IMG/VR virus record: IMGVR_UViG_3300030117_002316
Location: 45,015 to 65,014 of that record
Source of the DNA: an uncultured virus (IMG/VR IMGVR_UViG_3300030117_002316)
Lineage: Duplodnaviria > Heunggongvirae > Uroviricota > Caudoviricetes
DNA: 20,000 nt
Direction: 5' to 3' (one strand)
The notes below the pieces were generated by a model that ran no database searches, was not told the origin of the DNA, and saw only the letters and a list, made by a program, of their open reading frames with translations. A program made the position numbers and the translations under genes. Within the stretch, counting starts at the first letter, position 1, and each line of letters opens with the position of its first letter. Below, piece by piece: positions 1 to 12,800 of the stretch.

Positions 1-2
1 TC

Positions 3-3000
3 GAGAGTCCCTCCTTTTTAGAAGCTGTAGCAGAATCTTTCCCTGCACCTGTAGTCGATCTTGTTTCTGTAATTATGGAGCGCGGTCCTGAAAATCCAGA
101 AGAAGAAGACCTTATGAATCTTATTATGAATTGGGGTCAGATAGAGCATGACGGCGTTAGTCCAGAACTTATGGAAAATACCAGAAGAGAAGCACAGATT
201 AGAACACAGAATGTATCTCGTTCTAATGCACGAAGAAAGATTGACGAATGGAAGGGATCTTTCCAGACCAGAACCATCCTGAATGAAGATGGGAGTATAG
301 ACAGAAGAGCACTTAGAAATGCGTCTATGGATTTACTGAAAGGTTTTGTAGATGTTTTACAGGAAGATCAGCTTGAAGATGGATTTGCCCCACTTTTGGA
401 GTGGGCTTTTAGTAATACCGAAGAATGGGTAAACCAATATGGAAGAGCTTTGGCAAACATAGATCCGGAATTAGCTGAAAATGCGATAGTAGAAATAATA
501 GCAAGACAGTTTGCTGAAAGTGTTGAAGGATCCTTCAATGAGCAAGTTGAACGCAGGAATGGATTAATCAGCGCAGAAGCACAACCGGCTCCTGATATTT
601 ACAGAGTAATGGAAACGATGTTTAATGAAATCTATGGGGGGACTTACGAAGGAGAGTTAGTACAAACTCCATTCGATGATACAACTATACCCTATAAACC
701 AAATGGATGGGAATTGTTATCCGAAGAGGCTCAATCTTCTATTACAGCTCAAGTTATAAGAGAGAAGGCCCCACAGCCAGCTCTCCCTATGTGGGGATTA
801 AAGGGTCTACAGGCTAGAGATCTTCAAAGGGAAGGGTTAGATAAGTTATTAGATGCTTATGACAGACGAAGACAAATAGCTGGAACAGGTGTGGAAAGAA
901 TAACGAATGAGTACTTCCTAACAGACCAAACTAAAAATGTAGTTGATCAAGCTTTGGCTGAACTAAAGTCAGGAGAGCTTTCTCCAGAAACGGATTATCA
1001 ATACATAGCATTAGTATTAAATAAAATGGGGTTAGCAAATATAGATACTACCGTTCCTTTTGGTGCAGGAGATGTGGAAGGATATATTACCGCCCTCACT
1101 AAGGCACAAAGCGTTCTTGATAAAGAGTTTAGTATACTGGAAGATACCTACTATAATTTAGTCGACCCTAGATTTATGTACAATAAATTAATGATGGATG
1201 CTATGGGTGACAAGTTAAGAATGAAGTTTAATAATATTGAAGAGGTTAATGCTTTAGTCTACGATGTTATAAAAAACCCAGATAACTATGATCGAGGTTC
1301 GAGAATGGGGATCCTTACAACTTATAACCTAGCCAATAATCTTTTTTCAGATCTCGAAACAGAAGAGGAAGAAGACACGAAATGGAGAATAGAATTAGGG
1401 GACTTAAGAACCAGTGCTTTAGGTACTAAGGGTAACTTAACAAAACTAGGTAGGACTCCAATGGGTGTTTTGTTTGATTCAAGTGCTGAGTTAAGAAGAG
1501 CGGTAATGGATGACGAACATCCGGTAGCTGTACAAATGCAAGAAGAAGCGTTTATGTATTTTGAAGAAAAGTTTGCTGAAAATTACGCAGGCATAATGGA
1601 AGCAACCGATCCCGAGTGGACTCCTGAGAAAAACGGGATGCCTACTTTCAGGCAGGTATTAGGTCCAAATTTTGTTATTGGAGGTACTGTAAACTGGCAG
1701 GGAATGCCTCAACATACAAGAGCTGCATTAGCTTCTACTTTTATAAAATCACACGTAGATACAAGTCCAGATAAAATGTCTTCTGCTCTTAAGGGATTGC
1801 AAGCTCATATGATAAAAAACATAGGCAGGGTACAAAGCGGAGACGAGTTAGTAAACATGCCAAAAGAAGACCAAGTAGAAGCTTTTGCTACGTTTAATAT
1901 GGCACATTGGTTACTGCAAGATACAAAACGATTTGGTTTAAATACTAAATCTAGAGCACTTATTAAAGAACTTCTCGTAGGAGAAGGACCAAACAAGCAC
2001 CAAAAATTCTTAGCTATGAAAGCTTGGTCTACTGTTGCAAGTAAGTTAGCTGGTCCAGATACATTAGTAGAACTTATAGATGTCGGTGCATTAATGGCAG
2101 CAGAAGATCCTGCTGAAATGCAGCTTATACTAAACGATAGATTAAACCTTCCAAAAAGAACTGCAAATATTTTATATAATTATATCGGCAAAACTTACAC
2201 TGCTCCAGAGGAGACCGCAAATCTTGCATCAGGCGCGAATTCTTTCTATAACGTAAATAGAAAAACTTTAGACATCACGAAATGGGATGATGAATTAAAA
2301 AGATGTAATCTTGCAATTCCTTCGGAAGATGATGATAATGCAGAAGAAGATATTAGAAATATGTATTATGAGTTAAAGGCTATATGTAGACTTCCTGAAG
2401 ACGTTGCTAAGGAGATTGAAGAAACCACTTGGATGTGGATAAGTGTTGACCCCGGATATAATGAATATAAAGAGGGGATTAGGAAAATCATCTATCAGCA
2501 AACAGAAAATGCAGCAACTCGTAGATTACTAGGAACCCTTAACTCTGCTTGGGTTACTTCAATGCCGCCAAGTATGAAATTAAGTCCTGTTGAGTTATTT
2601 GAGTTAGCTGATGTGCATACTACCAATGAGGGATATGTCCCAACAAACAAAGGACATTACATTACAGCTGGAAGAAACGGAGACCAAGACGGCTTAATTG
2701 ACGCAATGGAGAGGTCTGATACTATTCCGCGTCCCGCTACTATTACTCCAAAACAGTGGGAAGATACAGACCCCTCAGAAAGACTAACCATGTCTTTTAA
2801 TAATTTTGCAGGAAATACAGATCCTACCAAAAGACCAATACATTGGGAAAAGTCTTTAGGTCAGGCGAATGAAGCAATGTGGAGAGCGACTTTTCCTGAT
2901 GAAGAGTATACTTACTCAGAAGCTAGGAATTCAGAATTTGCATCTATCCGAAATAAAGCAATTGCTTTTGAAAAGAATGTAGCAAAAGACAGCGGGTATA

Positions 3001-3817
3001 CGATAATGGATAATTCGTGGATGAAATCCCCTCAAGTAAGGGCTACTTTAAAAACTAATTTTAATCCCACTCAGTTAAAGCATATTCAAGCGGCNNNNNN
3101 NNNNCTTTAATAGAAGCTTCTCCTAGAGGAACAACCGAAGCAGAAGTTCAAGTTATATTCGACGAACTTATAGATGGGGTAATAAGAGACTACTCCAGTG
3201 GAGAGACAAGTGCGGCCCAGCTTAGATTGGCAAGAAGAGATAGATTAAGTTTAGAAGGAAGTATTAAAGCATACAAGCCTACTTTACTTGATCTTCATTG
3301 TGAAGTATATGCTAGACTACATGAAAGAATCTTAGAACTACGTCCGGGCTCACGAGGAATCATAGCAAACGCTACTAGTCTGGGGGGAGAAGTACTGGAA
3401 GGAACAAAGATTAGAAAATATCGTACTGCTAAAATAGATTTTAGACAAGTAAACATGGGTGATCCGTCTATCATGTCCCCAGATACGGAAATGAGTATAG
3501 TACTTACTTCAACAAGTGCAGATAAAGGAGTACCTAATGCAAGTTTAGAGCTTGCATGGGTATTGCCTTATCAGTTATTTGGACTAAGAGATGATAAGGG
3601 CAGAATGTATAGAGGATTAGGAGACGCAGGTCCAGCAAGCAGTAAATACCCAATTTCTGATCACGGAGACGGCCTTACTAGAACAGGTGTCGGTCAATAC
3701 AATAAGCCTGAGGCAGCATTAGCATCACCTATTGTACCTATGGGAGATCCTCAATTAACTTATCCGGGGGATCAAATGGGTAGAACCCCAGAACAACGTA
3801 CAGTACCTCAACATTAA
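3..3817 (+). CDS. Large putative internal virion/ejection protein (5'-truncated; interrupted by a scaffold gap)
   Basis: Frame +3 is open from base 3 (ESPSFLEAVAESF...) to the N-run at 3095-3104. After the gap, frame +2 is open from 3107 (LIEASPRGTTEAEVQ...LRLARRDR) to TAA at 3815-3817, so track ORFs 75..3110 and 3227..3817 are most simply one gene. The protein is acidic, helical-looking and Cys-poor, and lies directly upstream of the giant gene. The function is inferred from size, composition and position only. Confidence 0.6.
3095..3104. other. Assembly scaffold gap (10 N)
   Basis: Run of 10 n. The reading frame changes across it, so the true gap length is probably not 10. Confidence 0.95.
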
Positions 3818-3822
3818 TTCTT

Positions 3823-3832
3823 AAAGGAGACA
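3823..3832 (+). promoter_or_regulatory. Shine-Dalgarno for the giant gene
   Basis: AAAGGAGACA ends 6 nt before ATG 3839. The identical 10-mer precedes ATG 17959. Confidence 0.85.
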
Positions 3833-3838
3833 CTTTAG

Positions 3839-6800
3839 ATGAGTGACAACACTTGGGCTTATACGCCCATTCCGCTGACTACAGGAAGTATAGTAGAAGA
3901 GGAAATGTTAAGAGAGCGAAGAGATAAAGCTCTTCGGACAGTAGAAAAAATCCCCTTCTATAAAGATACACCTGATTATGCAGCAGCATTTGAATCTCCC
4001 CTTATCTTCCAAGATATAGATTCAGGAGAAATTGTCAGGGGCATGATGCATACAGCAGAAGCTTCTAGGCAACAAATGAAAACTGAACTCACTAGAGGTT
4101 TTACTTCCAGAGATAAGGGTTTCCAGCAAATGGTTTCCCAGCAAGCAGTAGGTGGTAGAGACTTAGAAAAATATGAAAACACTATTTTGGATTTAACCGA
4201 CGCACAAGAAGAAATCTTAACGTCAGGTGCTGAAGGTCCGCAATGGAATCTTGAGTTTTGGAATTATTCGGTAGATGATATTCCAATTTATGATTTAGCT
4301 GTAGGTGGACCAGAAGATATACTAAACGATGAGCCACCAGAGGGATGGAGTGTAGACTCAGCTATAGAAGTCTTTAAGGAATCAGATCCGGAATTATACA
4401 ATATTATGTCTCTATCTTTAGGTGGAGATTCTGGTATTGCTGAAATTGTTAAGGATGCTAGAAACCCTATGGAGTTCTTTGTTAAGCTTCAGCAAAGACA
4501 ACAGCTCCTTGCTATTACTGAAAGTCAACAAGAGTTTGATAGAAGAAGCGGATGGTTCGGAAGACAATACGAATGGGGTAAAAACTTTATTGTAAATGGT
4601 ATTTTAGATGATCCAGATATGGCAGGATCTATCGCTCTTTCTCTAGGTTTATTAGTTACAACAGGTGGTATTGGAACAGTAGGAGCTATAGCTGCTAAGG
4701 TAGGACAGACAGCCTTGAGAGGATATAAGTTCGCAAAGGCAGGCAGAGCTGCCAGAGTAGCGGGTAGAGCTTTAGCAACTAGTGCAAAATACGGACGACA
4801 GGCCCAACATTGGATGCCAGAAAACTTAGGACCAACTTTAGTTAAGAGCGTCTTATTTAAGAATAGGTATCAAAGCTGGAGCGGATTAAAAAGATTTTCT
4901 GTAAATAGACTAGCTGACTCGGCTGAAGGTACAATTAGTGGTGGTATTGCAGAGTTCTTTAACCAGAATAGAATGAAGGGACTTGGGATTACTGATGATA
5001 TCAGTTACACCTCAGTCTTAGCAGAAGCAGCAGTAGAAGCTATGGTGTCTCCTATGATTAACCCCGGTATGGGCCAAGCTATGAAATTAGTTGGAGCCGT
5101 CTCTGCTGTACCCGGAACACTGGGAGCGATGGCTTGGGAAGGAACTATAGGAAAAACTGAACTAGGAGAATTCTTAGGAACTCTTGGAGAGAAAACTATA
5201 AGTATGTGGAATCCTGATTCTGTTATTACTTCTATGGATGCCTACGATAAGAAAGAAGAAATCTTTGCATCTATGAATTCACTATTAGTAGAAGGTGAAT
5301 CTGTAGGAAAGTCTTTAGATGAAAATGAATTATTAGCAGGTCTTTTAGAGACCCTCAAAGTAACTACAGAACTAGATGATCTTACTTTTCTTGATAAGAT
5401 AAACGGTGCTTTAGGAGAGCTAATCCTAGCTAGAGATAATGCAACGGGTACTCAAAAGAAAATGACTGGTCTTGAACTCGCTATTGGGTTAGCTAATCAG
5501 TTGGCTACTAAAGATCAAGACATCAAGGCAGCTATGCAGGGAGATAACTATACTGAGTTTATGTCGGTCTTAGGAACCCAAGTAACTATAGCACAGAATG
5601 CTAGAAGAGAAAACAAAACTATAGATGAGTATTTAGATGATGTGAATGAAAAAGGAAACTATTTCGATCTTCTTCCCGATGTTCTAAAGGAACGGGTTTA
5701 TAAAGAAAACGGCGGCAAAGCGGTAGTAGATAAACTTACTGATAAAGCAAAGAGAGAAAAGGCAGCCGAGATACAGCTTGAGATTGTGAAGAAAACTAGA
5801 GAAGTTCACAACAATTTCCAAGATAGAACAGACGAACAGACAAATAAAATTGAAAAGATTGAAAGCGACGCTAAGAAAGTTGCTAGGAAGCATAAGGTAA
5901 ACCCTCCTGTTATTACCGTTGTTGAAGAGAAAACAGATACAGACTTAACAGATACAGACTTAGCTGATACAGAAGAAGAAGCCATAGTAGAAAAAGAACC
6001 TTCTTCTGGAATGATGCAGCACCAAGAAAACATGGACAAAATTAAAAAGGGTAGAGCAGAGTTAAGAAGGGTAAAAGAAGAACTTAAGAAGAAACATGAT
6101 AATGCTTCCGATGCTGACGCGAAAGAAGCTCTTGAAACAGACATTAAAGAAATTGATAACCTTTTGTCAGAAATGGCCGAACTAAGTAGGAAAGCTACTG
6201 AATCAATGAATGTTTATTTAAGAGAATCGGGGCAGGACAAGAAGCTGATTGAATTAGGTAGGACTCTTTCTACAATTGTAGCAGATGTTAAAAAGTTTGA
6301 AACAGATAAAGTTAAGCCTTGGGAACAAAAAATGCATAAATTCGCTAAACCAAGGCTGGGGATACAGCAAATACAAATTAGGTTTATGCGTGAAAACTTT
6401 AAAGAAGAATATCCAGATGGTCTTCGCTATTCAGATTTAAACTCGGATGAACAAGCAGCTATAAATGATGCTATAGAAGTTCTTGAGGGTAGGGGAAGTA
6501 AGTATTTAGAAAGAGTTAGGGACGGCGAGAAGATAAGCATTAAACAATTGAAGCAAGTTGTCGAAAGAATTGGCAATAGAATGAAAAAAATCCACGATGA
6601 TTTTGAAAAATCCTCAGAAGGACGAGAGTGGGCTGATCATGTAGAAAAACAGAATAGAGCATTAGCAGATTACCAAGTTGCTTTCGCACAATACCAACAA
6701 GAGAACATGGTTAGTGAAGTTATCCGCATGGCGCAAGTCAGGGGCATTGCTGAAACACAAAAACTTAGAAGAGCAAAAGAAGCTCAGCTAAAAGGAATGA

Positions 6801-9800
6801 GAAAAACCGTAGATCAATTTATTAGTGAACATGTTGCTGCTAATCCAGATACCCCCATTTCTGCTAAACAAGTTATAGATAGACTGCCTAGATGGTCAAA
6901 GTTAAGAAAGAAACTTGAGAGTAACAGAAACAAGGGTGAGTCTTCTATTAATGTTGCTGAATTAAAAACTATGATTGATGAAGATTTTGCCGACATGAAA
7001 AAGAATATTCGAGTAGGAAAGCAAGACCCTAGATACAGAAGATTTAAAAGATCAGACGCTGTTAAAGATAGATATAAAGGTCGGTTTGCTAATGAAGTTT
7101 CTGATAGTGAGATTCTTGATGTGGACTATGATCAAGATTGGTTGGTTCAGAATATTGAAATAGGATCTCCTGTTAAGAGTGGAGCTTTATTTTCTATAGA
7201 ACAAGACTCCAAAGCGTTTGCAGAGTTTAAAGCAAACCTATCTGATTTGTCAAATACGGTTGGAGCAATAGACAATGAAGGAACTATTTCTGCTTGGAGA
7301 CTTACTACAAATATGCCTGAGTATTTCTGGGACTTAGGTCTTCCGCTTCACCTTATATTCAGAGAAGCAATGATTGATCCAGAGGGAACTGAGGGAGCGA
7401 GTAAAAAAGGAATTGCTACATATTGGTCAGGCAACGAGGAATTCTCCCACGCTAGGTTTGACTATGCTACGGTAATGAAAATTCTAAACACATGGCAACA
7501 GATTACTAAATCCAGATTGGAAGGAATAGTAGCAGATCACGGTAAGAACATCGCATCAGAACTATTAGAAGAACTTTTAGAAGAAGGAAGCTCTTCTAAT
7601 TTACCAAACTTACACAGAACAGTAGAGTTTTTAAATAACGTAATAGAAGCTGATAGAATATTTAACAAAGAACGATTTGAAGCAGACGGATTCATTTTAA
7701 CAGTTGATGAAGAAACTGGATTCCCTGCATCATTTGCTAAACAAACTGACGGCCATAGATTTGTAGGTGCTGTTAAAAAAGCTATCCACCAAAGAGTTGA
7801 AGTTTTAATGGGACGGAGAAAATATCGAGAAGCTCTTCGTGGGTTAATAGGCCTCGATCCAAAGAAAAAATTTGAGCGCGAATCTCCGGAAGCATTGAAT
7901 AGTAGAATAGCTCAGGAAACAGCCGACATTACAAGTTATATTATGTCAGAACTTTCAGATCTTTTAAATACAGTGGGACCAGAACATCTTAATTATATAG
8001 AATATACTATTGAAGGATTTGGTAACGGAGAGATTTCGTGGTCCTCTCCTAAACAAGCGGGGGATGGGATTGTTGATACCATTATTGGAAAGCTTGTTCC
8101 TGAGAAGAGCAGGCTTTCAGGAGTAGGAGAAGTACCAGATATCCCAACTACAGAATCTAGAGTAATAGGACAATCTGTCAGAACTGCTGCTCCTTTAGAG
8201 GCAGATACAAATGCAGCGGCTCCTGTACCTACTTGGGAAATTAGAAGAGCAGTAGAAAATCATAAGTTCAGATTACGGGTTAGGGAAGTTTTAAAAAGAG
8301 CTGAATCAGGTAAACCTTTAACCCAAGCTGAAAAAGATATCTTATATAACAAAGCACACGCTGAATATAAAGAATCTAGACTTAAGGATAAGATGGATCC
8401 AGTAGCTGACGAAATGGATGTATATGTCGTCCCTCAGATTATAGGAGGCCATCTTCAGGAAAGGATAATGACAAGAGGAGAAGCTAAGGAATTCATGTTA
8501 GAGATTTTCTTAGATATGGCTCATGTTAGTTACTCCTTCATTCAAGATGCTCAGACTATTGCTAACGGTGGAACTCTTAGATTTAAGAATACTGCTGAGA
8601 ATCCACAGCCACTGGCAATAGCCGGACTAAATGTAGGATACGATAATATTGTTCCTTGGGGACGTTTAGGAGAAACCCTTGCTCTGGAAGAGATGTCTCC
8701 CAATTTAAAGGGGATGACTGAAACAGTAGCTACTGCTCACTTAGCTTGGTTGGCCGAACGTAAAGAAAAATGGTTAGCTAATAATCCGGGCAAGGAATGG
8801 AATATAAATGAAATCCTAAGTGACTCAAATCAAATTGACCAAGTAGGTAGTGGACTCCAGATTACTACATTACTTTCCCGTATAGGTGATGAGGGGGTTG
8901 CTAGACAGCTTGGTGAAATAGAAGCACTATTAGCTGGCGACAATGAAAACAGGTATGAGTTTTTAGATGAGAATGGAGATGCTAAAGTAGATGAAGACGG
9001 AAACTTTATTAGCTTAGCTTTAGAAGATATATACGTTAATAGTGGCTTGGGTGCTGTCGCTGCCATGAGAGGGAAGCATTCTGATAATGAGTTTATTCAG
9101 GGCTCTGGTCAGTGGAATACCGTAGTATTTAAATGGCTGGCAGACAATAATATCAATACCGCAGAAGATTTTAGAAATGCTCTTGCTACTATGGAAGGTC
9201 AAGAATTAAAGAAGGCTAAGGCTTGTAGAGAATTCTTTAAGATTCCTGTCTTGCGTCGTTTATATGGTGGTGGTCTTGATTCTTGGAAATTAGAGTTTAT
9301 TGGGGCAAACCCTAGATCTCGTGAAAAGATAAAAGATTTAGAGGCAGCTTTTGCAGATGAGAATTTAAAGTTTACTGACGAAGAATTATTAAACTTAGGT
9401 AAGTCTTGGTTAGGCCACGCTGGTAAAACTGTAGGCCATATCCTTGATGCTGCTATGGGCTTTGAGGGCACGATGAGAAAGAAGGCAATGTCTTTCTATA
9501 CTCAAGGCAGAAGCTCACAAATGCTTTCTGAGGCGTGGAGAGATATTGTACAATCAACTACGATTCCTGCTAGGGATAGCGAGACTGCTCAGGGGGCACA
9601 GGAGTTGGTAGGTGAGGACGGCGGAATTCATGTTATGGACCGCATCGAGCGTGTTAAGAGAGACTTAGATGCTAAATTAGATTGGTTGGCTGAGAGAATG
9701 CCCGGAGATCCTGATAAAAATAGAATTGAATTAGAAGAAAAGTATCAGGATAGATGGGGTAAAGCAAGAGAGTTTATAGAAGAAGTAGAACGCAAGGGTG

Positions 9801-12800
9801 AGAATTTAAATGACGGCAGCCCTAACTGGGAACGTTTACAGGAAATACTTCACGGTAATACTATGAGTTGGGAAAACATTCGACTGTTTAGAGCTACGAA
9901 TATTCTAAACGCAAGTGCATATAGTTTGAATATGCAACGAATGAAGCAAGTAGCTAACGATTTTGGATTCCCTGATTTTGATCCTGAAGACTGGATGGGA
10001 CTTGAAAACCAACTATTATTCCACTTAAACCTCCCAACACAACGTTCTCCAAGATCCTATAGTGTAGGTGGATTAGATACTCACGGTATCTTTGCAAATA
10101 GAGTAGCAGTAAATCCTGAAAAGTTTACTGCTTTCATGCAAGAAGCTAAAGAAAGAGTATTGCGAGAAGAGGGACGAGAGTTTACAAGAGAAGATTTTGA
10201 AGAAGCTCTTGGAGACTGGTTAGAAAATAGAGATCCAGATGCTATGGGTATGTTTGATATGAAGGATAATATCTTTAAGGGAGAAACTCGAGAAGATGTG
10301 GATGCCGAATTAGATAGGCTAATGGATATCGATCAGCTTCTTTATATGGCAGGAGAAGATACTTTAGATCCTAAACTATTCCCAGACTACCATGCAGAAA
10401 GCAGTGAGATAGCAGTAATAGATAGTTTAAATAGGATGTGGTATGAGCATAATGAAAAAAGATTCCGTACTCCAGAAGGAGAAACTGATAGGACTATAGC
10501 AAGCGAAATAGAGTTTGAGGAAAGAATGTTAGCTAGCGGAGAACACGGCAGGGCTATCTTACTCAACAGAGCTAAAATTCTTGGTGGTTATAGAAGCTCT
10601 AAAGTTGCTAAGGCTATGGGCGGAGCTAAGGTTGAATACCACAGACGAGAATACAGTGCTTCTGAAGCTATTGGAACTAAAGAAGAACATGATTTATATA
10701 TGTCTACCGTAGCTCCTCAGGGTCCGTTGTCTTTAACTCCCAAGTATAAACGAATGTCTTATTTCAATAGAGGAATCCCCGCTCTTCAAAGAGAAGGAGT
10801 TCAGAGACAGATAAACGAAGTAATGGCTCCTATTGCCAGAATTGATCCAACGTTAGCAGATACCGCTATCGATGCAAGAGTAGGAGATACTACTAACAAG
10901 GGAGTAAGTATCTTTGAAGATCATCCAGCATTGTTAGGATGGAAGCCGCCTTGGAAAAGAGAGAATCTTCCAATGCCAAGACCTATCAGGATTGATGAAC
11001 TGTTAGAGCTTAATATTGATGATGAGATTGGACGCAAGGCTGTTACCATTCTTCAGGATATGAGAGAGTGGGCTTCTCTTAGACCAGACGTACTTGAAGA
11101 TTTAGAAAGTCCTGAGGGATTGATATATTGGTACGTTACTAGAGAGATAGAACGTCTTAGAGAATCCCAGCTTAATGATTTGCCCGCATATGACGATTTT
11201 AATACAACGGAAGAAGAAGGGCTTGCTTATGCGAGAAGATATAGAGAGAAGTGGTTGAAGGGCTTACACGATCTTACTCATTTCTCCAGAGACATTAAAT
11301 ACGGATCAGCTAAGGGATATACTTTGTCTGATAGTGCTAGAGAACTATCGGTCCAAGCTGCAAAGTATGGGGAAGAAAACATTACAGAGCCAGAATGGTT
11401 AGAGCTTTTGACATCTAGAATGTCTGAGAATAATCCTAGAGGTATTGGTTTGTCCTCGCCTACTAGATTAGATAAAGCACTATCGTTCATTCTTCCTAGA
11501 GAAAACGTAATATTAATAAATAAGTTGGGACAGAACGGAGCTAAAATAGAAACAAACGAGTTAAAAATGTTAGCTCAGTTGATACAGTCTACCGACTTTA
11601 ATCTCCATCTTTTAAGTGTACTGTATACAAACGAAATACTTCCTAGTGTTTTAAAGGAGTTTACGGTTACTCTTCCAGATGGGAGTACAGTTAAACCCTA
11701 TGCTGATAAGAAGTTTAAAGCCTTAGATAGCGAGGGAAATATACGACGTAACTCTAAGGGTGAAGTAATTGAATTAGCTATGTGGGAAGATCCTAATCTA
11801 TGGGAACAATATATAGATCCTAGTCACATCCATGCTATTATCGCTCAAGCTAAAGAGTGGGTAAAGAAGAACGGAAAGGATGACATTGTATTTGATACTT
11901 TGATTGAGACCCAGATTACAAGTGATCCTAAAGTAGCTGGCGGTAAGATGGAAAAGATGAAAGTACATCTTGCTTCTTCGACTCCTGATGCTGTTGGTGG
12001 CAGGCAAGGATCAAAGCTTATGCCTCACGTAATGGGTGGTAGTGTATTTAGAACTGTCAATACGCAGACCGAAGTTACAGGTAAGGGAACACTGGCCCTT
12101 ACTCCAGACAAGGCATTAGAATTATTTGCATACTTAGAATCTATGCCAGTAATTATGAAATCCCGAAGATCTCAGTGGGGGAACATTGCACTTGGGTTTG
12201 AACGAGATCCGGTAACCGGTCTTCCTAGAGAAGTCCAACCTGTTTCAAGAAGTATTGAAGAAGGTCTTGGACATAGCGAACGAGAGATTAGAGAAGCAGA
12301 GATTAAACGAAGCAATGCTCTTGAAAGAATCATAGCCACTAAGGAAGAAACAGGAATTAACGTTAGGATGGTTGCAGATGAGACAAGAACTACTGAGGGT
12401 GGTGCTATAGTTCAAGTTGTAGATTTGGATCACTATTCTAAAGGAGACCATGCTGCAAGAATGGGCCGAAGAGATTCTTGGTTTGAATCATTCCTTAGTC
12501 CGATTGAAAAACAAATTGGATACTTAAAGGCTACAAATATTCATTCAGGAACCTCTCCTGCCTTATTAGCACAACTAGAATCTGTAGTAGAAGGAGCTAG
12601 AGAAGCAAATCTTGCAGACGACGTAGACGGAGATTTAAATGCAGCTGTAGCAATGTGGTTAGGTATTATGCTTCAGTTAGATGATTGGAATAAGTTTATA
12701 CAATTAAAATCATACGGACCAATCTTTAAAACTTTCATTGGTCAGGATAGGTTCTCTAAAGCAACCAATGCTGAAGCTTTTGCTCAAGCTAAAAAATTAG

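Noticed and set aside
3095..3110. Programmed frameshift or pseudogene at the end of ORF 75..3110
   Set aside because: The frame change coincides exactly with the N gap, so it is an assembly artefact.
8837..9268. Family A DNA polymerase interpretation of Rx3Kx7YG
   Set aside because: The motif A context is DxxxSGLQ (RNAP type), not DYSQIELR, and no 3'-5' exonuclease motifs are seen.
11234..11308. RRYREK...IKYGS as a second motif B
   Set aside because: The K-to-YG spacing is far from the required 7 residues. It is relevant only if the tandem-RNAP hypothesis is confirmed structurally.
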